This document shows, piece by piece, positions 1-11,914 of a stretch of DNA of 64,000 bases. The DNA comes from Eledone cirrhosa (lineage: Eukaryota). Below the pieces are notes generated by a model that was given only the letters and a program-made list of their open reading frames with translations, searched no databases and was not told where the DNA came from. The position numbers and the translations under genes were made by a program. Every line of letters begins with the position of its first letter. Position 1 is the first letter of the stretch. Location: NCBI GenBank assembly GCA_964016885.1, contig OZ024740.1, positions 237,522,001 to 237,586,000 of the forward strand, read 5' to 3'.

Positions 1-21
1 ATATATATATATGTATATATT

Positions 22-205
22 AGAAAGGGTGTGGTAAAATGCCAGGTGGACCATAACGCACCAGAGTACTCGATACTTGGGGTAGTAGAGTGGGTAATAT
101 GAAAAGATTCAGGACCCTGACGGCTGAGCACCGGCCATTTCAACAGCTAGATATAGCTATTGAAATGGCTAAAGCTCAACCGTGGGGGTCCTGAACCTTA
201 TCATA
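22..205. mobile_element. Penelope-like pseudo-LTR 3' remnant in fold-back arrangement inside (TA)n
   Basis: Bases ~30-80 match 3400-3470 (ccaggtggaccataacgcacca...gggtagtagagtgggtaata). 78-205 is an imperfect inverted repeat (ttcaggaccc..gccatttcaa..agcta / tagct..ttgaaatggc..gggtcctgaa). Flanked on both sides by (TA)n. Confidence 0.7.
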
Positions 206-244
<39 letters not shown>

Positions 245-245
<1 letters not shown>

Positions 246-1298
246 TATAGCTCTGGTGCAATAAGTAGCAGCAAGTGCCCACAGGATACTAGCTCCTTCC
301 ATTGCCCAGATGGTTCTATAGAAATAGTGGACAGCTTCCGTTACCTGGGTGACAAAATCAGCAGTGGGGGAGGGTGCTCTGAAAGTACAGTAGCTAGAGT
401 CCGAACTGGATGGAAAAAGTTCAGAGAGCTTATACCACTATTAGCCGCTAAAGGGTTCTCCCTAAAAATGAAAGGCAGGCTGTATGATGCCTGCATACGA
501 ACAGCAATGTTGCATGGCAGTGAGACCTGGGCATTGTGTGCAGAGGATATACGCACACTAGAGAGGAACGAAGCTTGCATGCTCCGCTGGATGTGTAATA
601 GTAATATACGTGAACGGCAAAGCATAAACGAACTAAGGGAAAAATTAGAAATAAGAGGGATCAGATGTTGTTTACTCGAGAGAAGGCTACGTTGGTATGG
701 TCACGTGATGCGCATGAAAGACGACAGCTGTATAAAAAAGTGCAGGGCAATAAAAATAGACGGTAGCCACGGAGTAGGCAGACCCAGAAAAACCTGGGAC
801 GACTTGATAAATTCCGACCTCACACACTTACATCTCTCCAAGACAATGTCACTGGACCGAGATCTTTGGTGCTACACAGTAATACAGAAGACCCGCCTTA
901 CCTAAATACAAAGTAAAACCTACTACAGTCAGTAGGCACTCCTAACAAAATACACCCCCGTCCCACTACCCCCACCCCATCCACACCACCCCTTTCAATG
1001 TAAAGTTATGTTGGTACCACAACATCCAGGCCGAAACAAATGAGGTCGTGAAAGTGTCACGACAAAAAAACACACAGTCCACGCTGTAATGTGGCCGTGT
1101 AGGTAACACGGTAAAAACCTCCCAGACCCACACTGTAAATGTGGTTGGTGTTAGGAAGGGCATCCAGCCGTAGAAAACCCGCCAGACAGTCCTATGCGAG
1201 CAAGACAACCACTCTTGCCTCAAGTGGGAAAACTCCCGTCCAAACCCATGCAAGCGTGGAATATGGACGTTAAACGATGATGATGATGATGATGATGA
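245..1298 (+). mobile_element. 5'-truncated RTE (BovB-like) LINE: RT C-terminal region, 3' UTR and (GAT)n tail
   Basis: ORF 327-905 has FRYLG..., LHGSETW, RRLRWYGHVMR and GRPRKTW, typical of the RTE C-terminus. It ends in gacgttaaac(gat)n. A near-identical 3' part lies on the minus strand at 42556-43081. Confidence 0.85.
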
Positions 1299-1375
1299 TA
1301 GTTAGTTAAGTGTGTTACTACAGTTACAGGCAGTGCACCATTTGAAGTACTCAATACTGTTATGCAGTTCATCTT

Positions 1376-1477
1376 ATGTTGGGTTGTCTGATGAGATGTC
1401 GAGGAAGCGTTGGGCCCCCATCATTATGATTGTACCCTGAGCTGATCAATATTGAAACAATTGTAGTATCCCGATAA
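1376..1477 (+). ncRNA. Degenerate type I hammerhead ribozyme with long stem II
   Basis: CTGATGA at 1388-1394, GAAA at 1454-1457, palindromic stem III ACAATTGT, cleavage triplet GUA (after 1465). Stem I ttgggttgt/gtatcccga pairs with wobbles and one mismatch. Stem II base gatgtcga/tcaatatt is eroded. Confidence 0.6.
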
Positions 1478-1727
1478 AGTTTATATATATGCTGCAACAG
1501 TGACTTTGATCCTACTTACCTTATATATCATCATCATCATCATCATCATGTATTTTTGACCATTGGTCAGTCAATGGTAAACATTGAGGACCAAATGAAT
1601 TCACTGATATAAAAGATACAGAAGCGTAAACCAACCGAACAGTGAGTGTGTTCTGTTATTAATTCTGGCAATATTATTACAACAATATGACCCTCCCCAA
1701 GTATAACAATATATATATATATATAAA

Positions 1728-2013
1728 TATCACAGAAAAAAGAGAATCAGTGTTGCGACGAAAGGAATTTATTGGACATATTACAATTGTTTCTCGGGCG
1801 ACCAGCTCAAGGCAGGATCGATGTGGTGATCAAACCTGACTCTGAAATCGTGCGGTCCTCGGATATGTCTCAATTCTCGATTGTAATATGTCCAATAAAT
1901 TCCTTTCGTCGCAACACTGATTCTCTTTTTTCTGTGATACCATACTCTGCTCTATGAGGGCATGAAGTGCTCATACGGCCTACCGCATACGGACGCTTTA
2001 AGCATCCAACACC

Positions 2014-2017
<4 letters not shown>
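1728..2017. mobile_element. Short Penelope-type fold-back cassette with perfect 60 bp inverted repeat in (TA)n
   Basis: 1728-1787 is the exact reverse complement of 1880-1939. The interval contains a hammerhead on the minus strand. (TA)n on both sides. Confidence 0.7.
1775..1869 (-). ncRNA. Type I hammerhead ribozyme, CCGAGGA core variant, long stem II
   Basis: Minus strand reads gacatat-CCGAGGA-[62 nt stem II region]-GAAA-CAATTG-TA-atatgtc. Perfect 7 bp stem I, palindromic stem III, GUA triplet. Confidence 0.75.
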
Positions 2018-2085
<68 letters not shown>

Positions 2086-2142
2086 AATAGAATGAAACGA
2101 AATTTCATTTCTCACTCTTAGTACAGCACTTACTTAAATGTA

Positions 2143-2205
2143 TACAGGAAGGTATACGATGCTGACGATAGCTAATAAGCTTGAAACTAGTACATCGTTC
2201 CTGTG
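2143..2205 (+). ncRNA. Minimal type I hammerhead ribozyme
   Basis: acgatg-CTGACGA(2162-2168)-t agct aata agct t-GAAA(2183-2186)-CTAG-TA-catcgt. Palindromic stem III ACTAGT, GUA cleavage after 2192. Stem I extends past a bulge (tacagga/tcctgtg). Confidence 0.85.
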
Positions 2206-2421
2206 TCAGTGTTGAACAAAAAGGTGATGTGGTTGCCTAAACACTGTACGGCGTAATTCGGGCTGTTTGTTTGTTTACAAACAAACAAACCGAGCATTAT
2301 AATAAATGTTCGGTAAACCGATACGTGCATATATATATATATGTGTGCGTGTATGTATATATATACATACTACTGTACGTCTGTATACATATATGTATGT
2401 ACGTATACATACATACATACT

Positions 2422-2471
<50 letters not shown>

Positions 2472-2636
2472 TTAGTTACCCATAGGCAGATCGCACACAA
2501 TGCGGCCTCGACAGAAGAATACTGCTTAATTATGGCAGACAATTGATACAACCAGGACACCATAGTGAAATACCAATATATGGAACATTACATTTATGTA
2601 ACATTCTTTCCTTATCTTAATTTATATTCCTTTGAT

Positions 2637-2755
2637 GTTCCAATGAGCCGTTCCATCTTTAACTATGTTAATTATTTTCAACTGAACCAGTTCAATAATG
2701 ATATATAGTCATTTGATCCAGAAATACTATATGGAGTAGCGAAACAATTGTAAAC
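2637..2755 (+). ncRNA. Degenerate hammerhead ribozyme (CCAATGA core, probably inactive)
   Basis: gtt-CCAATGA(2640-2646)-gccgttccat...atggagtagc-GAAA(2741-2744)-CAATTG-TA-aac. Stem II base pairs at 9 of 10 positions including wobbles. Same stem III as the motifs at 1376 and 1775. Confidence 0.55.
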
Positions 2756-2786
2756 GGACATTATTATTATTAATATTATTAATATG

Positions 2787-2985
2787 TGCGGTGAATTGGC
2801 AGTATCGGTAGAGGGTCGGATGCCATGCTTTCTAGCATAGTTACGTCCCTTTACAGCCTGAGTTCAAATCCCGCCGAGGTTAACTTTGCCTTTCATCCTT
2901 ACGGGGTCGATAAAATAAAGTACCAGTAATGTACTGGGTAATTGCTGGCCTTGTGCTTAAAGTAGAAACAATTATTATTAATATT
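2787..2985 (+). mobile_element. tRNA-derived SINE with (ATT)n tail
   Basis: A box tggcagtatcgg, B box gagttcaaatcc, core gcctttcatccttacggggtcgataaaataaagtaccag (recalled as Meta/MESC-like). Near-identical copies at 30190 and 63093. Confidence 0.85.
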
Positions 2986-3279
2986 ATTATTATTATTCTC
3001 TACATTCCTTACATCAAACTAAAATATGTTGACAATCTTTTAATAATGTCTTCCTTGTGAAATTTGTGGTCTTGTTTGGCTTGACTAATAAATATTTCCA
3101 GCTTTGTGCGCCTAACTTCTGCAAGAACCCAGCCACCTAGCTGCTTTATACTGCATATTGCACATTGAGCACATGCCTTTACGCTTTGGCTTCTAACTAA
3201 TTCACCAATCTCTCCTCTCCTATAGCCATCACTCTCTTTAAGATTGGTTACTCTTGAACTGTGTATATATATATATATA

Positions 3280-3394
<115 letters not shown>

Positions 3395-3470
3395 CGGAGG
3401 AAATGTGGTAAGGAACCAGGTGGACCATAACGCACCAAAGTACTCAATACTTAGGGTAGTAGAGTGGGTA

Positions 3471-4294
3471 ATAGGAACGAGTAGGACCCCGACGGTTGAG
3501 CTCAAGCCGTTTCGACGGCTAATTCTGGACTAAATGAAAATTTTTATCCTGGTATATGAATAGCCGAGCTTCTCAGGAGGTAATTCCATATATGGTAAAA
3601 GTGATTGTCACAAGGATTGGTCAAAAGTTTGTTGTTGAGACACATAATTCTATCATGGCAATTTGTGGAGGAAAGGGGTAGCTGAACCTGCCAGTAGAAG
3701 AAAGAGGGAGAGGGGGTGGAGGAAACCCAGTCGTGCGTTGATAGTGCCAACTACAGCTGGGCAGGAGGTCAAGGAAGTATACTAGGGAGGCGGAGGGGGA
3801 GGAAGTTGGAACAATAAGTAAAACAATATGGGGTAAATATATAGAAAAATACCGAGAATGTTAAAAAACAATTAATTATAAAAAAAACAATTTCTGGTTA
3901 CTATAACCTAAAGACAGCTATCAAGTCTCTCACTGGTACTGCTAGACTAAAGAAAGGTTTACTAGGTGGGACGGAATTATAATGAGACCCTTTTAAGAGG
4001 TATTAGTAATCAACCGAGTATATCTTACGGTGACGGGTCAACAAGTGGGGGCCAAAATACTAAAGAAACTACCACGAAATAATAATTCAGAGTCCCGAGA
4101 CTAATACGAAATAAAGGTTTCTACCCCAGGTACAAGGCCAGCAACCATCCAGTGCAAAAAAATAAACTAATACGAAATAATAATTCAGAATCCCGAAAAA
4201 GAATACTGATACTATCTCTAAGGGTGCCGCTACGATACAAAAATTCTAGTGCAAACTACATAAATGCTCGTACGAAGTATATGAAAAATTTGAT
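3471..4294 (-). repeat. Inverted pseudo-LTR copy (pairs with 5896-6698)
   Basis: Identical 68 aa translations at 3544-3750(-) and 6443-6649(+). The reverse-complement match runs from ataggaacgagta to aaaaatttgata. Confidence 0.9.
3486..3581 (-). ncRNA. Hammerhead ribozyme in Penelope pseudo-LTR (CTGAGAA core, G8A; probably impaired)
   Basis: Minus strand: acctc-CTGAGAA-gctcggcta...tagccgtc-GAAA-cggcttgagctcaaccg-TC-ggggt. Stem I 5 bp, stem III contains the palindrome ttgagctcaa, GUC triplet. Confidence 0.65.
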
Positions 4295-4320
4295 ACGGAA
4301 AATTAAATAATATAACTCAC

Positions 4321-5532
4321 CGATATGTTCCCTGCATTCGGCGGTGGATTGTACCGTGATGATGGGCTCCTTACCCTTAAAGGGTACAACCCCAGTAGTA
4401 CAGACCGGGTCCGTAAATCAGCTTCTTCCGCGACTGGGGATTTAAAATAACCCTACAAACGTCCCTGACCCGAGTAAACTTCCTGGACGTTACCCTTGAC
4501 CTCGATAATGATCTGTACTACCCATACAGGAAACCCAACGACAACCTGCACTACATCCACCACCGGTCAAACCATCCTAGGAACATCACCAATAACCTCG
4601 TTAAAAATATCTCCCTCCGCATATCTCGTTTGTCCGCTAATGAGCAGATATTCGAGGAACATGCGCCTTATTACAACCAGGCCCTCAAGCGGAGTGGTTT
4701 CCGGGAGGAAATATCCTACTGTCCAGCTTCCATTAGCGGAACCAGCAGGCGACACCGCCGCTCACGCAATGTAACATGGTTCAATCCTCCCCACAACGCC
4801 AAGGTGACAACTCCTATCGGGAAAATCTTCTTTAGGCTCATTGAAAAACACTTCTCACTACAACACCGCTACCACAACATAATTAACAAAAATACCATCA
4901 AACTCTCCTACAGCACCACACCAAACTTTGCACAAAACATCGTCTCCTCTAACAACAAAAAACTCAACCCCTATGGAAGAAATAACCTAAATAGCAGTGG
5001 AGAGCCGACCAGGAGGTGCAACTGTCCTGATGGATCCATTTTCCCCCTCGACAACAGATTCAGAGATCGTAATGTGATCTACCAGTGCAACGTGAGGACG
5101 GACACCTCCAACAAAGCTTATATAGGATTAACCGCATGTGACTTCAAGACCTGGCTATACCAACACAGACATACCTTCCGAAACCCGGCCCGGCGTCACG
5201 CCACTACACTTTCGGGCCACATATGGGACCTCAAGGATAACAATATTACCTATGATCTCACTTGGAGCTTACTGTTCAGAGCCAACTCTTACATGGGAGG
5301 ACGCCGTCCGTGCAATTTATGCTCGGAGGAAACTTTACAAATGCTGTTTTCGACGGACCAACTCCTAAACAAGAAAGATGAACTGGTAACTGCATGTAAA
5401 CACAAATTGCGTAGGACTTACCTCGCCCTCAAACCCCATAATGACCCGGGGGGGGGGGGGGGGGGGGTAGACAAGGGTTATAACACCCCACTTGCCGACT
5501 TTGTAATGGGTAACCCCTGCTTGCAAAGGTAG
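4321..5532 (+). pseudogene. Penelope RT (C-terminal half) + GIY-YIG endonuclease, frameshifted and 5'-truncated
   Basis: GGLYRDDGL, then a frameshift near 4420, then RVNFLDVTLD..YRKP..SNHP..WFNPP..KLSYS..CNC..VIYQC..YIGLT..CNLC..CKH (ORF 4630-5532). Confidence 0.85.
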
Positions 5533-5895
5533 ACGTAAGATCGTCTTTTATATCTTTTTATCGCTTCCTCTATATTTCCTTCTCCCCCCCCCCAATCCCT
5601 CCCTAGTCCTTCCACCCCAGTCCTCTTTCTTTGTCGTCGTCCTTTTCACTTTCTCGCCCACCCGAGGCAGCCCCTCGGTCCTTTGTAGCCTCAATACCCC
5701 CACCCCCTTCCCCTATTCTATGATAGAATTGGCCGACTCCGCTTTTTATAGCAGATGTGATAGACCCCGGATACTTGCCTTCTTATCCGATGGCTGCCCC
5801 CTTTTCCGTGCTTTCTACATTTCTTTTTGGTATCTTTGCTTTAATTTCTCGTACATAAGTATTGGGGGGGGGGGGGGAGGCTTATGAATTAATTT

Positions 5896-6694
5896 TATCA
5901 AATTTTTCATATACTTCGTACGAGCATTTATGTAGTTTGCACTAGAATTTTTGTATCGTAGCGGCACCCTTAGAGATAGTATTAGTATTCTTTTTCGGGA
6001 TTCTGAATTATTATTTCGTATTAGTTTATTTGTTTGCACTGGGTGGTTGCTGGCCTTGTACCTGGGGTAGAAACCTTTATTTCGTATTAGTCTCGGGACT
6101 CTGAATTATTATTTCGTGGTAGTTTCTTTAGTATTTTGGCCCCCCCACTTGTTGACCCGTCACCGTAAGATATACTCAGTTGATTACTAATACCTCTTAA
6201 AAGGGTCCCATTATAATTCCGTCTCACCTAGTAAACCTTTCTTTAGTCTAGCAGTACCAGTGAGAGACTTGATAGCTGTCTTTAGGTTATAGTAACCAGA
6301 AATTGTTTTTTTTATAATTAATTGTTTTTTAACATTCTCGGTATTTTTCTATATATTTACCCCATATTGTTTTACTTATTGTTCCAACTTCCTCCCCCTC
6401 CGCCTCCCTAGTATACTTCCTTGACCTCCTGCCCAGCTGTAGTTGGCACTATCAACGCACGACTGGGTTTCCTCCACCCCCTCTCCCTCTTTCTTCTACT
6501 GGCAGGTTCAGCTACCCCTTTCCTCCACAAATTGCCATGATAGAATTATGTGTCTCAACAACAAACTTTTGACCAATCCTTGTGACAATCACTTTTACCA
6601 TATATGGAATTACCTCCTGAGAAGCTCGGCTATTCATATACCAGGATAAAAATTTTCATTTAGTCCAGAATTAGCCGTCAGGGTCTTACTCGTT

Positions 6695-6698
<4 letters not shown>
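5896..6698 (+). repeat. Penelope 3' pseudo-LTR (sense copy) with a 23 nt deletion removing the ribozyme GAAA and stem III
   Basis: Reverse complement of 3471-4294, except tagccgtc joins directly to agggtc at about 6679. Confidence 0.85.
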
Positions 6699-6746
<48 letters not shown>

Positions 6747-6747
6747 C

Positions 6748-7060
<313 letters not shown>

Positions 7061-7304
7061 AACTTAATGGTTTTAATGCAAGCTTCGAAAAGTAGCATTT
7101 TAATTCTATTACTTAAAGAACAATTTCAAACAACTAAAGTTATTATTCATGCTAATTAGCATCTTTGTCTGAAAGTAATTACCAATTCTCATTCTGTTAT
7201 ATACTATTAAAGTATAGAAATACTAGCAGAAGAGATAAATGCTGGCCTTACTCATTTACAATTTACATTTGGAGCTCATTTTGCATATAAAAATAAATAA
7301 TGGT

Positions 7305-7520
7305 TTCTAATTTAAGCACAAGGTCAGCAATTTGAGTAATGAGAAGGTTGATTAAATCAACACCAGTACTTTACTGGTACTTTATTTGATCGACTACAGA
7401 AGGATAAAAGGCAAAATTGACATGGGCAAGATTTGAACTCAGAACATAAAGAGCCAGACTGAATAAAACAAAGCATTTGTCTGACACTCTAATGACACCA
7501 CCAATTCACTGCCCTCACAA
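7305..7520 (-). mobile_element. Diverged tRNA-SINE copy
   Basis: ctggtacttttatttgatcgac...gaaggataaaaggcaaaattgac...atttgaactcag is the reverse complement of the SINE core and B box. Confidence 0.7.
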
Positions 7521-7864
7521 AAAATAAATAACGAATGGTTAAATCTGAGTGAGCAAACATTCTCAGTTGATAACATTCTACCTATAGAATGTCTATAAGG
7601 TTAGAAGCTCAAATGCATCACTAGCCACTCTTTTGGAATCTCAAAATTTAGCCAACACAACTTTATTATTTTGGAGGAAATTTGCAAAAGTTAATAATGA
7701 TATAGCCAGATAGTATGGTAGATTTAGTTTAGTGAAGCTGCTGACTTTGCCATAGATCGGGACAATGATGGAAGCAAATTGTTCAGTGGTGAGTGTGCAA
7801 CATATCCTATGTTGTGAACTATCCCTTATGTTACAGTTTTGTGAAATGTTAGCATCTGTGTTTG

Positions 7865-7886
7865 CTATAAGCAAGAGTCTGTACAC
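7865..7886 (-). CDS. Candidate terminal coding exon of an unknown host gene (..RCTDSCL*)
   Basis: Acceptor tctctttcatttggttgatacag at 7887. Phase-compatible with the candidate exon 10621-10732. AATAAA on the minus strand at 7662-7667. No recognised homology. Confidence 0.25.
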
Positions 7887-8027
7887 CTGTATCAACCAAA
7901 TGAAAGAGAGAGAGAGAGAGACAGAGAGAGCTAGAAGATATTGGAATGTACTATCTGACAGGGAGAGAAAGAATAGGTGGTTCGATGGGGAGAGAGGGAG
8001 ATAGACAAAAGAAAGAGAGTAGTGGAG

Positions 8028-8064
<37 letters not shown>

Positions 8065-8224
8065 GAGTAGAGAATTCCAAGTATTATTAAGAAGACTCAT
8101 AAAAATATATGCAAATTATTGTATATAGCAAAGTTAATGACTGATGTAGCATTTATCCATTTATCCATTTAATAGTATCTTGTGTATTTACTACACAAGT
8201 TTGTGCTAATATGTTCTGTATAAA

Positions 8225-10310
8225 ACTGTATATAATAATGAAAATTATTGTGTACAGTGCTCAGGTACACTACAACTAACCAAAGGTGCATGTACGTATA
8301 TAGAATAATGTATAAATGTCAGGAAAGTAAGCAGGGTATAAGTCATGATATACACACAGACACACACACACATGCATGCGTGTGTTTTGGAGGGGAATAT
8401 CAGGCATAGTGTTGGCGAATTTCGGGAAGCATGGAAGTTTGAAGAATGCAGTGTCTTGACAGCTAACAACTGATGCAGGTAATTTGTTCCATGCTTCAGC
8501 AACTCTGAGATGAAAAAATGTTTCTGAAAGTCATTGGAGCTGTATTGTTTCTTGATTTTGTAAGTATATCCATGGGTGTTAGACATGGAATTAAAAAAAG
8601 GTGCTCAGGGTTGTTGTTGGAAAGATGGTTGATAATCTTGTGGGTGTCTACCAAGTCAGTTGCCAGGCATCAGAACTTTAATGTATCCATGCCCAAGGAA
8701 GCAAGGCATTCAGAGTATGGTAGATCCCTAATGGTGGGTATTCGTTTGGTTGCACATCTCTGAACAGTTTCCAGGAGATCAATATTCTGAGCAAAATAGG
8801 GGTTCCAGACTGGTGATGCAAATTCTAAGTATGGACGTACCATATATACAGCTTTAAATAGATAACTGGAGAGTGGCTGACAAAGGTCTTACTGAGTGAT
8901 GCTAAGACACTCTCAGCCTTCTTGACTATTTTGGAGATGTGCTTTGTCCAATGCAATTCGCTGTTGACAATAGTGCCCAGGTCACGTTCACAAGAAGACT
9001 TCTTGAGATTAATGTTGTGGAAGGAGTATGTGAATGCTGGGTTTTTCCTCCAAAATTGCATGGTGGTACACTTGTCCACAGCCAGCTTGAGTTGTCAGAC
9101 CATAATCCATTGCTGCAGTGTGTCCAGGTCGGATTGCAGGAAAGATCTATAGGATACAGGATTTGTCCTTTTTATCTCAAGGTACAGCTTGATGTCATCT
9201 GCATATTTCAGCACTGTGGCATTCTTTAAGTTGGCATCTATGTCATTAATATATGCAACAAACAAAAGGGTACCAAGAACAGATCCCTGTAGTACACGAA
9301 ATGTCATCTCATAAGGTGAGGAATACTGTCCTAGAATCGTGGCTTCCTGTTTTCGACTGAGAATGAAGGACTTCAACTAATTATATAGATCGTCTCTCAC
9401 ACTCATTGCAGAGAGTTTCACCATAAGTTTTTTTTTTATTTTCAGCAGTAAAAATGCCTGCATAGTTCTGCAATAAGTTCTGTGTATTCTTTTGGATCAT
9501 CAGTAATCTGTCTTGTGTGGGGATTGCAAAGAGGGCCAACTGGGGAGTGAGGTCGCCTCTTTGGACGTACATATTCCCAAAATACTTTGCTGTCAGGGTT
9601 GGATGTTATACGCTGTTCAAATTCAAGCACTGCCTATTTGTCACCTGCTTCAGATGGTTAGATGATCTATTGGTCTTTTTTCAACTAACTTCTGATCTAT
9701 GTAGTCTGTATTCCCGTTCAGCATCACAACATTCTTTCCTGGCAAGTTGGACTGCTGCAGTCTCCCAAATTGCACTTTTGGGATGTTTTTTATACTTAGG
9801 TGGTACTGATGTTGCACATGCTATCCATATTGAATTCAGGATGTTCTGAAGTATAGTATTCACATCTCTAGAGTCGTAAAACGTAAACCAGTTTGGGTGT
9901 TGTAGCTCAGTTCAGTAAGAATTCCAGTCTGCTTTATTCCAGTCAAAGCGATCAGTTTGGAGATAGTTTATGTTACTGCCCAAAAGAAACAGATTGGCAA
10001 TGATCATAGCATGATCAGAGTCACCTAGAAGTTCCTCAGTAGTGACACTAATAACCGTTTCAGGAGTAGTGGTAAAGAGCAGATCCAAAGTATTGTCACC
10101 TCTTGTGGGGAAGGTGACAACTTGGGACCAGTTCGATCCAGCACTAACTCAAGGAAATCATTTGCACTTTGAGACCAATTTCAGGGTAATTGAAGTCGCC
10201 TGCAATGAAAACGTAAGTGGCTGTTTTCCTGGCAGCAAATCTGAGGATATCAAAAAGTTATGTGTCTTGATGGTAATTTGGGGAACAGTAAACAACTCCA
10301 AGTAGAAGTC
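8225..10310 (-). mobile_element. Decayed CR1-group LINE (APE + RT, internally deleted)
   Basis: DFNYP and TRGDNTLDLLFT (APE), QGSVLGTLLFVAYINDID..LKYADDIKL (RT), ERDLG, THGYTYKI. Many stops. Confidence 0.8.
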
Positions 10311-10620
10311 TTGACATGATCATATGTATATAGCATAAAAATACTTCTTTAATGAAAAACACTGCTTATGACTTCCAAATAATTTTGAAAGTAACCAAGA
10401 ATTTGGATGGATTTAGTAACATAACTAACTTTCTTATTATGCTAGTGTTTAAAGAAATTTTATAAAAATTCTTACATAAAATAATAATGGATATTTTTTT
10501 AAAATACAAATATAAGCACTTTAAAATAAACAGCTTTGTATCATAGAACCAGGAACAGTTTCAAGCGATTAAGCAAAAAGATTATTACATCCACTATCTT
10601 TACAACAGCTTTACTCTTAC

Positions 10621-10732
10621 CTCAAATACATGACCTGTGTAAAATATTTATGCACGTTTGAGATGTGGTAAACAGAGCCATTCCAGAAATGTCTATAATT
10701 CTCAATGATTCTGTTTCCTTTGTTGAAATATT
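10621..10732 (-). CDS. Candidate internal host exon (YFNKGNRIIENYRHFWNGSVYHISNVHKYFTQVMYL)
   Basis: Acceptor tttctctgctatag, strong donor GAG|gtaaga, 112 nt open in one frame (phase 1 to 2). Lies in sequence not recognisably repetitive. Confidence 0.3.
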
Positions 10733-11359
10733 CTATAGCAGAGAAATGCAGTTATGCATTTTAGCACGTGAGAATCTGAAATAGAATTGAGTTTTATTGA
10801 AATTCCAAGACAATATCTATGCATGTTTAAAGAAATATCCCTGCACATGCTTCTATTAACTACATTTTCAGTCAGGGTAAGAAAAACATTCTTTTCACAT
10901 GTATTTTCAGAATTACTTTCAAAATTAAATGTGAATAATTTAATTTGTTTCTTTCCTTTTTCTTTCTTTTCTTTCTTTATATTTCTGAGTACTGTTGCAA
11001 GATGAAATAAGTTAAAATAGCAAAAGCATAGACATCTTTACTAAGGATACCAATGCTTCTTCCCTTAAACCACAAACATTTTAACCACACAGCCATGCTT
11101 GTATCATCCTCATTCTCATCATTGTTTTTATGTCCATTTTTCCATGCTGTGATGGGTTAAATGGGATATTTTGAAACAATGCCTTACAGATGGATTCCCT
11201 TATTGATGCCAACTCTTACAACATGCAATGATATTCAGTAGACCTGTTCTAAAAACTGGGACAGACAAGGCAGAGAATAACTTAAGGCCTCAGATAACTT
11301 AAGTGAAGGGAGTAGTTACTGGCTAAACTTAGAAGATTACCCCTGTTGGGTTGTTATAC

Positions 11360-11800
11360 TATAAGGAGAGATCAATTTCTGATCATTAGCTTGATGGTAC
11401 TGAATCTATATTATAATAATTGTATACCAACAGAAAAAAAGGGTACAAACTCACACCAGAAAAAGGTGTCAGAGAATGGCAAAGCAACCATACTTTGGTA
11501 TATGCCAATATACACAAACAAGGAGATCTGGATATTATAGTCAACAAGAAAAAGGTGTTTCCCATTTGATGTATCTATCTCCACAAACAACAATATATCT
11601 ATCAAGAATATTGAGAAATTATCCAAATATAAAGATCTGGAGATAGAAATAACTTAGATGTGGATGATGAAACAGAAACAATCTCCATAATAATAGCTGT
11701 TTGTGAATGATAAAAAACACACATATATAACCAAAACCCCAGGACTTACAAATATATACAGTATACAAAAATATTACAAAGAAAACTCTCAATACAATAA
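11360..11800 (+). mobile_element. Old R4-clade LINE 3' remnant (RLE region)
   Basis: ENGKATILW.MPIYTNKEI, followed by sequence resembling KLSKYKDLEIEI. Homologous to 24006-24382. Confidence 0.55.
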
Positions 11801-11867
11801 AAATAACAATACCAAAATCAACACTGCACATAATCAAGGCATTGCTCAATTATGCAGTGATGATAAA

Positions 11868-11910
<43 letters not shown>

Positions 11911-11914
<4 letters not shown>

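Noticed and set aside
2787-2985. tRNA gene
   Set aside because: A and B boxes are present, but there is no cloverleaf and it is multi-copy with a core and tail, so it is a SINE.
4630-5532. Selenoprotein-type Penelope (in-frame TGA at conserved Cys)
   Set aside because: No TGA at conserved Cys positions in any of the three Penelope fragments. Two linker Cys here read Phe, and the ORF at 40500 has ordinary Cys.
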